Assembly: GCA_963977145.1 (NCBI GenBank)
Contig: CAXBNP010000016.1
Span: forward strand, 18,814-82,813
DNA: 64,000 nucleotides
Reading direction: 5' to 3'
Origin: an uncultured Colwellia sp.
GTDB taxonomy: Bacteria > Pseudomonadota > Gammaproteobacteria > Enterobacterales > Alteromonadaceae
Below the pieces are notes generated by a model, which saw nothing but the letters and a program-made list of their open reading frames with translations, was not told the DNA's origin and searched no databases. Positions 9,053-18,831 of this stretch are shown here, piece by piece; within the stretch, counting starts at the first letter, position 1; each line of letters opens with the position of its first letter. The position numbers and the translations under genes were made by a program.

Positions 9053-10024
9053 GTGAATTATAAAGATTATTATAAAATTATGGATGTTACTAAAAGCGCA
9101 TCCCAAGATGAAATTAAAACATCATATCGGAAATTAGCACGAAAATTTCATCCTGATGTCAGTAAAGAAAAAAATGCTGAAACGCGCTTTAAAGATATTA
9201 ACGAAGCCTATGAAGTGTTACGCGATAAAGAAAAGCGTGCTGCATATGACCAACTTGGCAGTAATTGGAAGGCTGGCCAGTCCGGCTTTACCCCCCCCCC
9301 TAGTTGGCAAGATCAATACCAGCAAGGCAAGGGTAATTTCAATGCGGGTGGTCAAGGTGATTTTAGCGACTTTTTTGAATCGTTATTTGGTGGTGGTTTC
9401 GCTGCAGGTCAACAGGCATCTCGCGGTCGTCAATCTATGCAAGGGCAAGATAGCAACGCAAAAATATCAATTGATTTACAAGATGCTTACACAGGTGCAA
9501 CCCGAAGTTTTACGCTACAAGATCAAGTGGTTAATGAACACGGGCAAAGGCAAAACAAAGAACGCACATTGAAAGTGAGTATTCCAAAAGGCATCAAACC
9601 GGGTCAAAAAATTCGTTTGCAAAAGCAAGGTCAAGCGGGTGTTGGCGGCGCAAGAAATGGCGATTTGTTTCTTGAAGTAGGCTTCACCCCCAACCCTTTA
9701 TATATTGTTGAAGGCGCAGACGTAACAACAGAGCTTGCTATTAGTCCATGGCAAGCCGCGTTAGGCGAAAAAGTGAAAGTACCGACACCAACTGGACCTA
9801 TTGATTTAACTTTACCCAAGTTGATCAGTAGCGGCAGTAAAATGCGCTTAAAAGGCCGTGGATTACCTAGCAAAGTTGTTGGAGACTTTTTTGTTAAACT
9901 AAAAATTGTCTTTCCAAAAAGCTTGTCAGCAGATGAAGAAGCATTATATCAATCTTTAAAAGCACTAACGATGACTGATAATGAAAACGAAAATATCGAT
10001 ATTAAGAAAAAAGTCGATGCTTAG
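9053..10024 (+). CDS. cbpA: Curved-DNA-binding protein CbpA (DnaJ-like co-chaperone without a zinc finger)
   Basis: J domain DYYKIMDVTKSASQDEIKTSYRKLARKFHPDV (HPD motif). G/F-rich linker GDFSDFFESLFGGGF. DnaJ C-terminal domains with no CxxCxGxG repeats. AGGAGG at 9042-9047 favours GTG 9053; the ORF track start is 9038. Confidence 0.85.
   Translation: MNYKDYYKIMDVTKSASQDEIKTSYRKLARKFHPDVSKEKNAETRFKDINEAYEVLRDKEKRAAYDQLGSNWKAGQSGFTPPPSWQDQYQQGKGNFNAGGQGDFSDFFESLFGGGFAAGQQASRGRQSMQGQDSNAKISIDLQDAYTGATRSFTLQDQVVNEHGQRQNKERTLKVSIPKGIKPGQKIRLQKQGQAGVGGARNGDLFLEVGFTPNPLYIVEGADVTTELAISPWQAALGEKVKVPTPTGPIDLTLPKLISSGSKMRLKGRGLPSKVVGDFFVKLKIVFPKSLSADEEALYQSLKALTMTDNENENIDIKKKVDA
9291..9300 (+). repeat. 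C10 homopolymer inside cbpA
   Basis: CCCCCCCCCC read directly from the sequence. It encodes part of T-P-P-P immediately after the J domain. Confidence 0.95.
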
Positions 10025-10139
10025 GGTTAGTTGGCCATACTGATCTGGTAGTGACTGTATATAAGGCTTTAGGTTGCCAACATACACTGCCAGTTCAGTG
10101 ATAGCAGCGGCAGTAAAATTAACTTGTCATAACGAATGA

Positions 10140-10166
10140 AGCCTGTAACAAAATCAGTTACAGGCT
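10140..10166. terminator. 10-bp perfect hairpin between convergent cbpA and the tautomerase gene (non-canonical terminator)
   Basis: AGCCTGTAAC (10140-10149) pairs with GTTACAGGCT (10157-10166). On the + strand it is followed by an A-run, so there is no canonical U-tract on either strand. Confidence 0.35.
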
Positions 10167-10299
10167 CAAAAAATGCACTTCAGTCATAGTAATAGAGACT
10201 TAATCAGCAGTATTAATCATCATTTCGTAGATAATCGTAACCGACTTCATTAATAATTTAATGTATTCATACCATCGCGCTGGTGTAATACGCAGCAGG

Positions 10300-10515
10300 C
10301 TATCCTTTTTGCATGGTATGAATAGCGTCAGCGGTAAGTTGTTGACCACCAATAGCCCAGTCACCTTCATTGGTTTCTATAATTCTGACCCACGTCACAC
10401 CTCGCAGGGCTTCTCCTTCAATTTCCACCATTGTGTTAGTAATTTTTTCTATAATGTCTTTCTTCTGTGCCTGATTAAATACATTCTTAATTACGTGTAC
10501 GTCAATAAGCGGCAT
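10300..10515 (-). CDS. 4-oxalocrotonate tautomerase family protein
   Basis: 71 aa beginning MPLIDVHV (catalytic Pro1 after Met). The size and beta-alpha-beta pattern are typical of the family. Confidence 0.75.
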   Translation of the reverse strand: MPLIDVHVIKNVFNQAQKKDIIEKITNTMVEIEGEALRGVTWVRIIETNEGDWAIGGQQLTADAIHTMQKG

Positions 10516-10698
10516 GGTGTTGCTCCTAAAATTTTTTTAATCGTTAATTTTATGTTTTTCGCTATAGCGACAACATTCAAATAAGAATAGTCGCTAATTT
10601 AAAAGTAAACATGGAGAATACGTGGGGATTTATTGGGGATTACAAATCATAAAAATAGCGTTAAACTTAAAAAACAATGAATTCGCCTTTGGTTTTTG

Positions 10699-12237
10699 AT
10701 GCGATATAAATTTGATGAATTTGAGCTCGACACCAGCAACTTTGTATTGTCTAAATTAGGCTTGCCTATTGCTATTGAGCCACAAGTATTTGACTTACTC
10801 TGTTACTTTTTAGCTAACAGCCAACGCTTAGTGTCTAGAGATGAATTATTTCAGCAAGTCTGGTCAGGAAAAGTCATTAGCGACACTACGCTAAGTGGTC
10901 ATATTAAATATGTCCGCAAAGCACTCGGTGATAGCGGAAAAAATCAATTTTTTATCAAAACCATACATGGCCGAGGCTATCAATTTGTTGCGCCAGTAAT
11001 CGATATAGATAATGCTCAGCCATTGACAAACAAAACAATTAAATCGTCTGAAATTGATATATTCAGTAAAGGCCCTCTAGTAACGGTAATGCCTTTTTCA
11101 AATATAAGTAGCGATCCTGATCAACAGTACTTTGCTGAAGGTATGAGTGAATACATCATTACTGAATTGTCGCGTTTTTCCGATATTCACGTACTTGCAC
11201 GCCACTCTGCATTTCAATTTAAGGGTACCTCAGGTGCGAGCGAGTATTTTCGTGAAAAGCGCAAGATGAATTACCTCGTCGAAGGCAAAGTACGACGATT
11301 AGACGATAGGATTCGAATCAACGTCAAATTAATTGACACGTCAACAAGCCATACTATTTGGGCCGAGAAATATGATCGTTTGATTGACCAAGTATTTCAA
11401 ATTCAGGATGAAATAGTCGAAACCATTGTCTCTACGCTTAGCGGCCAAATTCGCAAAGTTGAAATGGCAAGAGCTAGTAGTCGAGCAACGGTCAATTTGC
11501 GTGCTTACGATCACCTACTGCGCGGTCTTTCAGCGCAGAAAAACGGTTACACTTGTAAAGATAATTTCAATATAGCCAGCGAAGAATTTAGTAAAGCCAT
11601 TGAACTTGATCCTAACTTTGCGCGCGCACGTGCATGGCTTATTTGTGCTAGCTCCAATATGTGGGAATTAATGACAAAAAAACGCATCGACCAAGCCTTA
11701 AATGATGCGAAATATGCCCTGAGTTTAGATGGCTCCGAAAGTGAAATTCATCGTATTTTAGCCGCTATCTATTTATGGTCTAGAAACTATAAATTAAGTG
11801 GCTACCACTATAGTGAAGCTAGAAGATTAAGTCCAAATGACGCCAATATAGCGGTGAAGATGGCGCGATACTTGGCTTTTATAGATCAACAAGACCAAGC
11901 CCTTTTGTTAGTAAGGCATGCAATGTTTCTTAATCCCTTACACCCGGGTTGGTATTTTCAAGAACTTGGCGTGGTCTATTACAGTATGGACAAATTCGAT
12001 AATGCTATAGTCGCATTCGAAAGAAACTGGGAGCTAGGCGCTTACGATCTGGCATTTATCGCGGCTTGTCAGGTCGCCAATAATCAGCTCTCAGCAGCAA
12101 AAGCCAACTGTGCTCGAGCATTGTCATTAGCACCCAATGCCTCAGTTAAACTTTTCACTCAATTTGAAACATATCAAAATATCGATAAAAGCCAACTACT
12201 AAGCGAGCGCATGGTCAAGGCTGGCTTTCCGATTTAA
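10699..12237 (+). CDS. Winged-helix (OmpR/CadC-type) transcriptional regulator with a C-terminal TPR region
   Basis: The N-terminus YKFDEFELDTSNFVLSKLGLPIAIEPQVFDLLCYFLANSQRLVSRDELFQQVWSGKVISDTTLSGHIKYVRKAL...GRGYQF is a trans_reg_C domain. The C-terminal half has TPR-like repeats (KAIELDPNFARA...). Confidence 0.75.
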   Translation: MRYKFDEFELDTSNFVLSKLGLPIAIEPQVFDLLCYFLANSQRLVSRDELFQQVWSGKVISDTTLSGHIKYVRKALGDSGKNQFFIKTIHGRGYQFVAPVIDIDNAQPLTNKTIKSSEIDIFSKGPLVTVMPFSNISSDPDQQYFAEGMSEYIITELSRFSDIHVLARHSAFQFKGTSGASEYFREKRKMNYLVEGKVRRLDDRIRINVKLIDTSTSHTIWAEKYDRLIDQVFQIQDEIVETIVSTLSGQIRKVEMARASSRATVNLRAYDHLLRGLSAQKNGYTCKDNFNIASEEFSKAIELDPNFARARAWLICASSNMWELMTKKRIDQALNDAKYALSLDGSESEIHRILAAIYLWSRNYKLSGYHYSEARRLSPNDANIAVKMARYLAFIDQQDQALLLVRHAMFLNPLHPGWYFQELGVVYYSMDKFDNAIVAFERNWELGAYDLAFIAACQVANNQLSAAKANCARALSLAPNASVKLFTQFETYQNIDKSQLLSERMVKAGFPI

Positions 12238-12381
12238 CCAAGCGCTATTACAAACTAGTGCTAGATTTAGTTATCAAGGCGCAAGCGGAAAAAGTAGAAA
12301 GTATCTGCACCAACTGGACATATAGATTTAAGTTGACCCACATTGTTTAGTCGCACCAGTAGACCGCGGTTAAAGGCGTGA

Positions 12382-14865
12382 TTACAATAATATCTTTTGT
12401 TCGAAAACTTGTTTAGATAATGGCTGACTAAAATAAAACCCTTGATGGAAATCACACCCTCGCCCTTTAAGCCACTTATATTGTTCTTTATTTTCTACAC
12501 CTTCAGCAATAACTTTTAAATTCATGTGCTTTGACATAGCGATAATAGTATCTACAATGGCGGCATCATCTCTATTTCCTAATACATCTGTGATAAATGA
12601 GCGATCTATTTTTAACAAATTTATTGGCAGTTTTTTTAAATATGACAATGAAGAATAACCGGTACCAAAATCATCAATGGCAAAACTAACACCGAGTTTT
12701 TTTAGTTGTTCAATTTTGGCTATTGTTGCGTCAATATTACCGATCAGTACCTCCTCGGTAATTTCCAGCTCTAAATGCTCTGCTGACAAATTATTAGTCG
12801 CCAAACAGTTGGTCACCATTTCCACAAAACTCAATTGCTGAAATTGCTGTGAACTCACATTAACAGACATTCTCGGTAACTCAATAGCTAGCGTTTGAAG
12901 CCACGACGCGTAAATTTCACAGGCGTTATGTAATACCCATTTCCCTAATGGTATAATAAGTCCGGATTTTTCTGCAATAGGAATAAAGTCATTGGGTGAT
13001 ATTTGCCCATTGTCAGGATGATTCCATCGCACAAGAGCCTCCATACCACTTAATTTTTTTTGGTTATCAAATTGGGCTTGAAAATGTAACTCTAATTGAT
13101 TTAGTTCAATGGCACGTTTCAACTCGCCTTGAATTGATAAGCGCTTGTTTGCTTCATCCTGCATATCTTCAGTAAAGCTAGTAAAGCTATTTTTTCCAGC
13201 CTGTTTAGCTTTGTACATCGCAGTATCTGCTTGCTTTAATACATCACTGTCAGATAAGCGTTTTTGGGAAAATAAAGTAAGGCCAATACTCGCGCTTAAA
13301 TGTATCGGTATGCTATCGACTTGTTGAACGTCAGCGATGCCTTTACAAAGTGATTGTGCCAGTGTTTCGGCTGCTGACAAGCAAAGCCCTGTATCTCCTC
13401 CTAAATCAGGTAATAGTATGGCAAATTCATCTCCACCTAATCGAGAAACCACGTCACCTTTACTGACCAAGCTATTGATTAATTTTCCTATTTGTATTAA
13501 TAATCGGTCACCAAACTCGTGTCCTAAGGAATCATTTATCACTTTGAACTCATCAAGATCTAAGAGTAATAATGCGCCACAGTGATGAAATTTACGTGCT
13601 TGAATAAGAGCTTGTTTTAACTGATGAGATAATAATAGTCTGTTGGGCAATGACGTTAAGGAATCATAATGGGTTTGATATTTTATTTTATCTTCCGCTG
13701 TTTTTATTTCACTAATGTCAGTAAAAATAGCAACATAGTGTGTGGTGCCACCCAATGAATCCTTAACTGCGGTAATGGCCAACCATTGAGGATACTCATC
13801 ACCGCTGGCATTTATATTCCAAATTTCACCACGCCAGCGTCCATGATTTTCAAGGTCATGCCACAGTTCTTTAAAAAACACCTCATCATGTCGATCGGAT
13901 TTAAATAACTGAGGGGATTTACCAATAACGTCTTGCTCTTCAAAGCCGGTAATGTTTGAAAAGGCATTATTAACTTTCAAAATAATCCCCTTATTATCAG
14001 TGATAAAAATACCTGAATCAGTATCAAAGGTAACGGCCGCCAGACGCAGTTGCTCCTCTTGAAGTTTACTGAGGCTTATATCGGTAAATACCCCTCGAAG
14101 CCCAGTAACAATACCCTCTTCTTTTATAAGAGATACATAATCATTCACATGTATCATTGATCCATCAGCTTTAATCATGCGATAGTCAAACTCGAAACTT
14201 TTCCCGCTTTCAATAGCCTGATTACAAAAGATAATACTTTTCTCTCTATCTTCTATAAAAATGTGTTCTTCCCAAAAATTTTTTACATACCAATGAGTAA
14301 GAGGATAGCCAAACATTTCCTCTGCTTGCGGACTAATGAAGCTAAAGCGCTTTGAAGCTAAATCATATTCCCAAGGTATCACTTGCGTAGACTCAATCAA
14401 CATACGGTATTGCTCTAAACTACTTTCCAATGACTTTTGTGTATAAATACGATGACTAATATCAATAAACGCAATTATCGCACCGGCTACTTGGCCATTT
14501 TTAAAAAACGGATAGGCCCATATTTCAACAGGTATTGAGCTACCATCTTTACGCCAAACCCAGTCTTGCGATTTATGTATGGCTTTTCCTTTAGTTATGC
14601 ATTGCCACAACGCATCCTGCTCTGGCTTTTTAGGCGTACCATCATGGTAAGAATGATGAACCAATTGATGCATGTTTTGACCTAATAATTGTTTAGGCTG
14701 TTTATATTGCAACAATTGCAGTAAAGTTTTATTACAAAAAGTACAATTACCTTTAAGATCAACGCCATAAATAGATTCAATAAGATCATCAAACAATTCA
14801 ATTATTTGATTAGTATCAAGAGGTAATAAACCGACTGTTTTTTGCATATCTGAAGATTTTATCAT
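12382..14865 (-). CDS. Multi-PAS GGDEF/EAL c-di-GMP turnover protein
   Basis: Three PAS-like segments, then RLGGDEFAILL (GGDEF). The EAL domain shows EALVRW, DDFGTGYSSLSYLKKLPINLLKIDRSF and AEGVEN. Confidence 0.9.
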   Translation of the reverse strand: MIKSSDMQKTVGLLPLDTNQIIELFDDLIESIYGVDLKGNCTFCNKTLLQLLQYKQPKQLLGQNMHQLVHHSYHDGTPKKPEQDALWQCITKGKAIHKSQDWVWRKDGSSIPVEIWAYPFFKNGQVAGAIIAFIDISHRIYTQKSLESSLEQYRMLIESTQVIPWEYDLASKRFSFISPQAEEMFGYPLTHWYVKNFWEEHIFIEDREKSIIFCNQAIESGKSFEFDYRMIKADGSMIHVNDYVSLIKEEGIVTGLRGVFTDISLSKLQEEQLRLAAVTFDTDSGIFITDNKGIILKVNNAFSNITGFEEQDVIGKSPQLFKSDRHDEVFFKELWHDLENHGRWRGEIWNINASGDEYPQWLAITAVKDSLGGTTHYVAIFTDISEIKTAEDKIKYQTHYDSLTSLPNRLLLSHQLKQALIQARKFHHCGALLLLDLDEFKVINDSLGHEFGDRLLIQIGKLINSLVSKGDVVSRLGGDEFAILLPDLGGDTGLCLSAAETLAQSLCKGIADVQQVDSIPIHLSASIGLTLFSQKRLSDSDVLKQADTAMYKAKQAGKNSFTSFTEDMQDEANKRLSIQGELKRAIELNQLELHFQAQFDNQKKLSGMEALVRWNHPDNGQISPNDFIPIAEKSGLIIPLGKWVLHNACEIYASWLQTLAIELPRMSVNVSSQQFQQLSFVEMVTNCLATNNLSAEHLELEITEEVLIGNIDATIAKIEQLKKLGVSFAIDDFGTGYSSLSYLKKLPINLLKIDRSFITDVLGNRDDAAIVDTIIAMSKHMNLKVIAEGVENKEQYKWLKGRGCDFHQGFYFSQPLSKQVFEQKILL

Positions 14866-15368
14866 TAATTAAAATAGCATTTACCCTAGGTTATTTTACT
14901 ATAGTAGATATTCAAGTGAACACCATGCTACTGATCTTATTTGTAATTTTTGTTTTTAATAAAAGTCGCTGTTGGTGATCTTGATTGAAAGTATCTCAAT
15001 GAGAGAGTAGTGGCGGTTACACTTGCTTAAGCAAATGACGATTAACCAGAAAAAGTTTTTTCGACCTTTAAATACGCTAAGACTAAAGACAGCGCAAGGG
15101 CAGATGGTGATGTGAAGCAAAAAACTGAGGCATAACGGCTATACAGAGGGGCCATCACAGGTGAATTTTGCTTAGGTTAGCCAGGTTGTAAAGTACTACA
15201 GCCTATTCTCAGGTATTATAAAAATGCGTTTCAGCCCTAATGTCGATGTCATATTTTATCCCGCCATTTCATTCTCGTTGTGCTATTGTCAATAACATAG
15301 TTAGCTAGATAGCAGCAGAAAAAATAGCAAAATGAACGATATAATACAGTGCATTCAAGCAAATAATT

Positions 15369-17564
15369 ATGCGTAAAAACCGCATCGACGACGCTTGCAT
15401 TATTACCCTAACCGCTGCCATACAACAAAGAGGGATCAGTTTCGCATGGCTTGGTCTACTCGATCCTATCGCTAATAAAATTATCGATTTTAATGCGCTT
15501 GGTCAGGGAGGGGAATTTTATAAAGAAATCCTCGATGCAATTAACAGTACTAGTGTTACTGAAAATAACCTTTTTCGAACTGCCTTAATCACCGAACAAC
15601 CCATAGCTTGTGCTAATATAATGGCAAGTTTAGAATATCCATCTATACAAAAGTTTTGCAAGATCGCTGGTTGGCGCTCAGTTGCCGCCCTACCCGTTTT
15701 TTCAGCAGGCAAACTAGTTGCAATACTAGCGGTCTTCTCAAACGAGATTGATACATTTAACAGTGATTATCTGCAACATCTTGTTGCCGTAATGGAAGAC
15801 TGCCAGCGTAATATTCCCTCTATAAATATAAACGGTGAGCTGACCAAGCACCAGAAAAGTGATTCAGAACAATATATAAATGAAAGCCTTAAGACTAAAT
15901 CAACAAATAAAGACACCTTAAACTCTCTTGTTGAGGACGCATTCGACCGCATCAGTGATGGTATTGTCGCGCTCGACAATAACTGGTGTTACAACTACTT
16001 GAACCAACCCGCAGCAGAAATGTTACAGCGGAAAACACCAGCAGAATTACTTGGCAAAAACATCTGGCGAGAATTCCCTGAGGGGGTAGGACAACCTTTT
16101 TATCATGCGTATATAAAGGCTTTTGAGACACAACTCCCGATAATTTTCGAAGAACACTATCAACCTTGGGATTTGTGGTTCGAAAATAGAATTTATCCCT
16201 CTAAAAATGGCCTAACCATCTATTTTACCAATATTACTGAACGAAAAAAAAATGAAGCTAAAATGGTAAAAATGGCACATTTCGATTCGTTAACCGATTT
16301 ACCTAACCGTGTTATGTTGACGTTACGACTCGAGCATGCTTTACAAGTAGCTAAACGAGAAAAAAGGATTTTTGCATTATTGATGTTAGACCTAGATCAT
16401 TTCAAGAACGTCAATGATAGTTTTGGCCACGCTGTCGGTGACTTATTACTTATAAAAGTTGCCGCGACCTTGCAAAAGCGCTTTCGTAACGTTGACACGG
16501 TTAGTCGGCTCGGCGGCGATGAATTTACCATTTTGCTTGAAGATTTAGAGCAGCGCGAAGATGCGGCGAAAATTGCATTTGAAATTATAGAGTTAGTAAA
16601 ACAACCATGGCGCCTAAAAAATGATATAGAAGTACGCATTGGCGCTAGCATTGGTATCAGTTTATATCCTGAGCATGGCCAATGCGCTGAGGAACTATTA
16701 CAATACGCTGACACTTCACTCTACGAAGCCAAGGCAGCAGGTCGCGGAGAGTATAAATATTACAGTAATGAGCTCACTATCAAAGTGCGTACGCGTATTG
16801 AATTAGAAACAAAACTTAGAGCGGCTATCATTAACAACGAATTAGTGGTGCACTTTCAACCACAGATAGATATTCGCAGTAACTTAATTATAGGCGCTGA
16901 AGCATTAGTTCGTTGGTACGACCCTAAAGTAGGGCTAATTTTCCCCGATCAATTTATTCCTATCGCGGAGTCAACGGGATTAATTGTTGAAATTGGCAAT
17001 ATCGTGTTAAGGGAAACCTGCCTGCAAGGAAGACGTTGGCTTGATGCCGGTTACCCTCCTCTTTGTCTCGCAGTCAATCTGTCCCCACATCAGTTTTTAC
17101 ACAGTGACATTGTCAATGTGGTCACTAACACATTGCAAAAAACGGGCTTTCCTGCAAAGCATTTGGAATTAGAAATCACCGAAAGTGCGCTAATGGAGCG
17201 AGAGTCGGAAGCTATTGAAATATTAGAACATTTAAGGGAAATAGGTATTCGAATTGCCATTGACGATTTCGGCACGGGTTACTCTTCTTTATCATATTTA
17301 AAAAAGTTACCGATAGATGTCTTAAAAATAGATAAATCTTTTATTGATGACATTCCAAATAGTCAAGATGACATGGCCATTGCCGCGACGATTATTGCCA
17401 TGGCTAAAATTTTAAAGTTACAGGTGCTAGCTGAAGGTGTTGAAACTGAGCAGCAATTAGCATTTCTAGAAAAAGAACAGTGCGATCTTTTTCAAGGCTA
17501 CCTATTTAGTCCAGCGATCAGTGGCGAAGAATTTGAAGCGTTGTTAATTCTTAAACAACAATAA
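15369..17564 (+). CDS. GAF-PAS-GGDEF-EAL c-di-GMP turnover protein
   Basis: N-terminal GAF-like region, a PAS segment, RLGGDEFTILL, then EALVRW, DDFGTGYSSLSYLKKLPIDVLKIDKSF and AEGVET. Confidence 0.9.
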   Translation: MRKNRIDDACIITLTAAIQQRGISFAWLGLLDPIANKIIDFNALGQGGEFYKEILDAINSTSVTENNLFRTALITEQPIACANIMASLEYPSIQKFCKIAGWRSVAALPVFSAGKLVAILAVFSNEIDTFNSDYLQHLVAVMEDCQRNIPSININGELTKHQKSDSEQYINESLKTKSTNKDTLNSLVEDAFDRISDGIVALDNNWCYNYLNQPAAEMLQRKTPAELLGKNIWREFPEGVGQPFYHAYIKAFETQLPIIFEEHYQPWDLWFENRIYPSKNGLTIYFTNITERKKNEAKMVKMAHFDSLTDLPNRVMLTLRLEHALQVAKREKRIFALLMLDLDHFKNVNDSFGHAVGDLLLIKVAATLQKRFRNVDTVSRLGGDEFTILLEDLEQREDAAKIAFEIIELVKQPWRLKNDIEVRIGASIGISLYPEHGQCAEELLQYADTSLYEAKAAGRGEYKYYSNELTIKVRTRIELETKLRAAIINNELVVHFQPQIDIRSNLIIGAEALVRWYDPKVGLIFPDQFIPIAESTGLIVEIGNIVLRETCLQGRRWLDAGYPPLCLAVNLSPHQFLHSDIVNVVTNTLQKTGFPAKHLELEITESALMERESEAIEILEHLREIGIRIAIDDFGTGYSSLSYLKKLPIDVLKIDKSFIDDIPNSQDDMAIAATIIAMAKILKLQVLAEGVETEQQLAFLEKEQCDLFQGYLFSPAISGEEFEALLILKQQ

Positions 17565-17569
17565 ACTCG

Positions 17570-17607
17570 GTTCATCAGTTCATCAGTTCATCAGTTCATC
17601 AGTTCAT
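17570..17607. repeat. 8-bp microsatellite (GTTCATCA), about 4.75 copies
   Basis: GTTCATCA GTTCATCA GTTCATCA GTTCATCA GTTCAT, starting 6 nt after the stop codon of the GGDEF/EAL gene, between convergent genes. Confidence 0.95.
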
Positions 17608-17690
17608 GCGCATACTTCAAGAGTTAACGATATAAAGCAAAGCTGAATTTATTATCGAGAGTGTTTGAAATACTCTTTTCGCTTAAGTAT

Positions 17691-18473
17691 TCAATTTTTA
17701 TCTAGCGACTGAGAAGTTACCATAGGTGCATTAGCTAAGCTTTGCGTATATTTAGCTGCTTTTTCTAAAGCTTCTAGATCATTAACAATCAATTGATTAC
17801 GTTTTTTATCAATCGTGCCGGCTTTCTTCCAGTGCTGTAATTGTTTATTAATCACTTGTCGAACTGAACCCGTCATTCGCGCCAAGGTTTCATCGTTTAA
17901 ACCATTCACTAAATGATGCTGATGCTCTTCTGCTTTAACGCCGGTATAAAATTTAATTTTATTAATATGCTCTAAAATAATACGGCTTAAACGTGTGGTG
18001 ACATCGTGCAACACAAGACTACTGGCTTGTTGCTCTTTTTCGCGCATTTTTTTCGCTAAATAAGGCATAAATTGTTGGTTAAATTCTGGATAGGTCCACA
18101 ACCAATTACGCATGGTTGCTAGTTTGACTGACAGCAGTTTTACCGTAGTTAAAGGAGAAACAATAACATCATGGGGTTGATCATCTAATAACACCATTAA
18201 ATCAAAACAATCGCCAGCATAAAGCATATCTAAGGTGGCTTCTCGGCCCGTTTCAGGGTTACTTTGCTTAATTTCTAAACTGCCATCTATCACCACGAAA
18301 AAGCGTTGGCTCAATAAGTTTGAGTTAAAATAGTCCCCCTTGTGCCATTCATCTAGCTGAAATTCTTGTTGAAAGTCTTCAATTAATTTCGCGGGTAAAT
18401 CGGCAAAAATACTCGCTTGTTTAACTAACACAGGACTGGCTTTATGCGGTAAATGAGTGACATCTTTATTCAT
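17691..18473 (-). CDS. Crp/Fnr-family transcriptional regulator (cNMP-binding domain + HTH)
   Basis: The beta-roll region FFVVIDGSLEIKQSNPETGREATLDMLYAGDCFD is cNMP-binding-like. The C-terminal HTH is DETLARMTGSVRQVINKQLQHWKKAGTI. Confidence 0.8.
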   Translation of the reverse strand: MNKDVTHLPHKASPVLVKQASIFADLPAKLIEDFQQEFQLDEWHKGDYFNSNLLSQRFFVVIDGSLEIKQSNPETGREATLDMLYAGDCFDLMVLLDDQPHDVIVSPLTTVKLLSVKLATMRNWLWTYPEFNQQFMPYLAKKMREKEQQASSLVLHDVTTRLSRIILEHINKIKFYTGVKAEEHQHHLVNGLNDETLARMTGSVRQVINKQLQHWKKAGTIDKKRNQLIVNDLEALEKAAKYTQSLANAPMVTSQSLDKN

Positions 18474-18647
18474 GGCTATAATGATTTAAACCGTGGCGTA
18501 AGCGAGTAGTTTAATTCTACCTAGTTATCGCTATATAGCAAAAGCTAATATTAATTTTCTCTTGGCACATCCCAACCACTGCGCTCAAATAATTTATTGA
18601 TTTTCATCTTTAAAATAAATTAACGACAAAAAAACTACAAAGTCATC

Positions 18648-18673
18648 GCTTCTGTCATATTTGTGACAGAAGC
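18648..18673. promoter_or_regulatory. Perfect 10+10 inverted repeat with a 6-nt spacer in the Crp-regulator/dnaK divergent region
   Basis: GCTTCTGTCA TATTTG TGACAGAAGC. The core TGTCA-N6-TGACA has the 5-6-5 geometry of a CRP box (TGTGA-N6-TCACA). Confidence 0.5.
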
Positions 18674-18831
18674 ATTTCGCCACCTTACGTATTATAGCGC
18701 CACTAACCAAACATCTTGCGTTAAAGCATCAACACAAGTTTGTTTATACGGTCAAATTGCTTGCTGGGAAATAGCCATAAAGCATCAGACCTTTTTTTAT
18801 AAAGTTCTTTTGAAAAGAATAGGTGATTATT

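Noticed and set aside
9156-9572. A 138-aa alternative-frame ORF inside cbpA.
   Set aside because: I found no RBS or independent support, so I do not call it a gene. It matters only as the frame entered after a 1-nt deletion in the C10 tract (see findings).
14950-15260. A relatively GC-richer stretch in the 503-bp region between the two GGDEF/EAL genes, checked for a c-di-GMP riboswitch or another structured RNA.
   Set aside because: I could not find the conserved GEMM-type elements or a convincing multi-stem fold with a terminator. There were only short, chance-level pairings.
18700-18831. A sigma-32 heat-shock promoter upstream of dnaK.
   Set aside because: The nearest candidate (CTTGCT ... 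GCCATAAA) has a spacer that is much too short and a poor -10 element. It is not supportable by eye.
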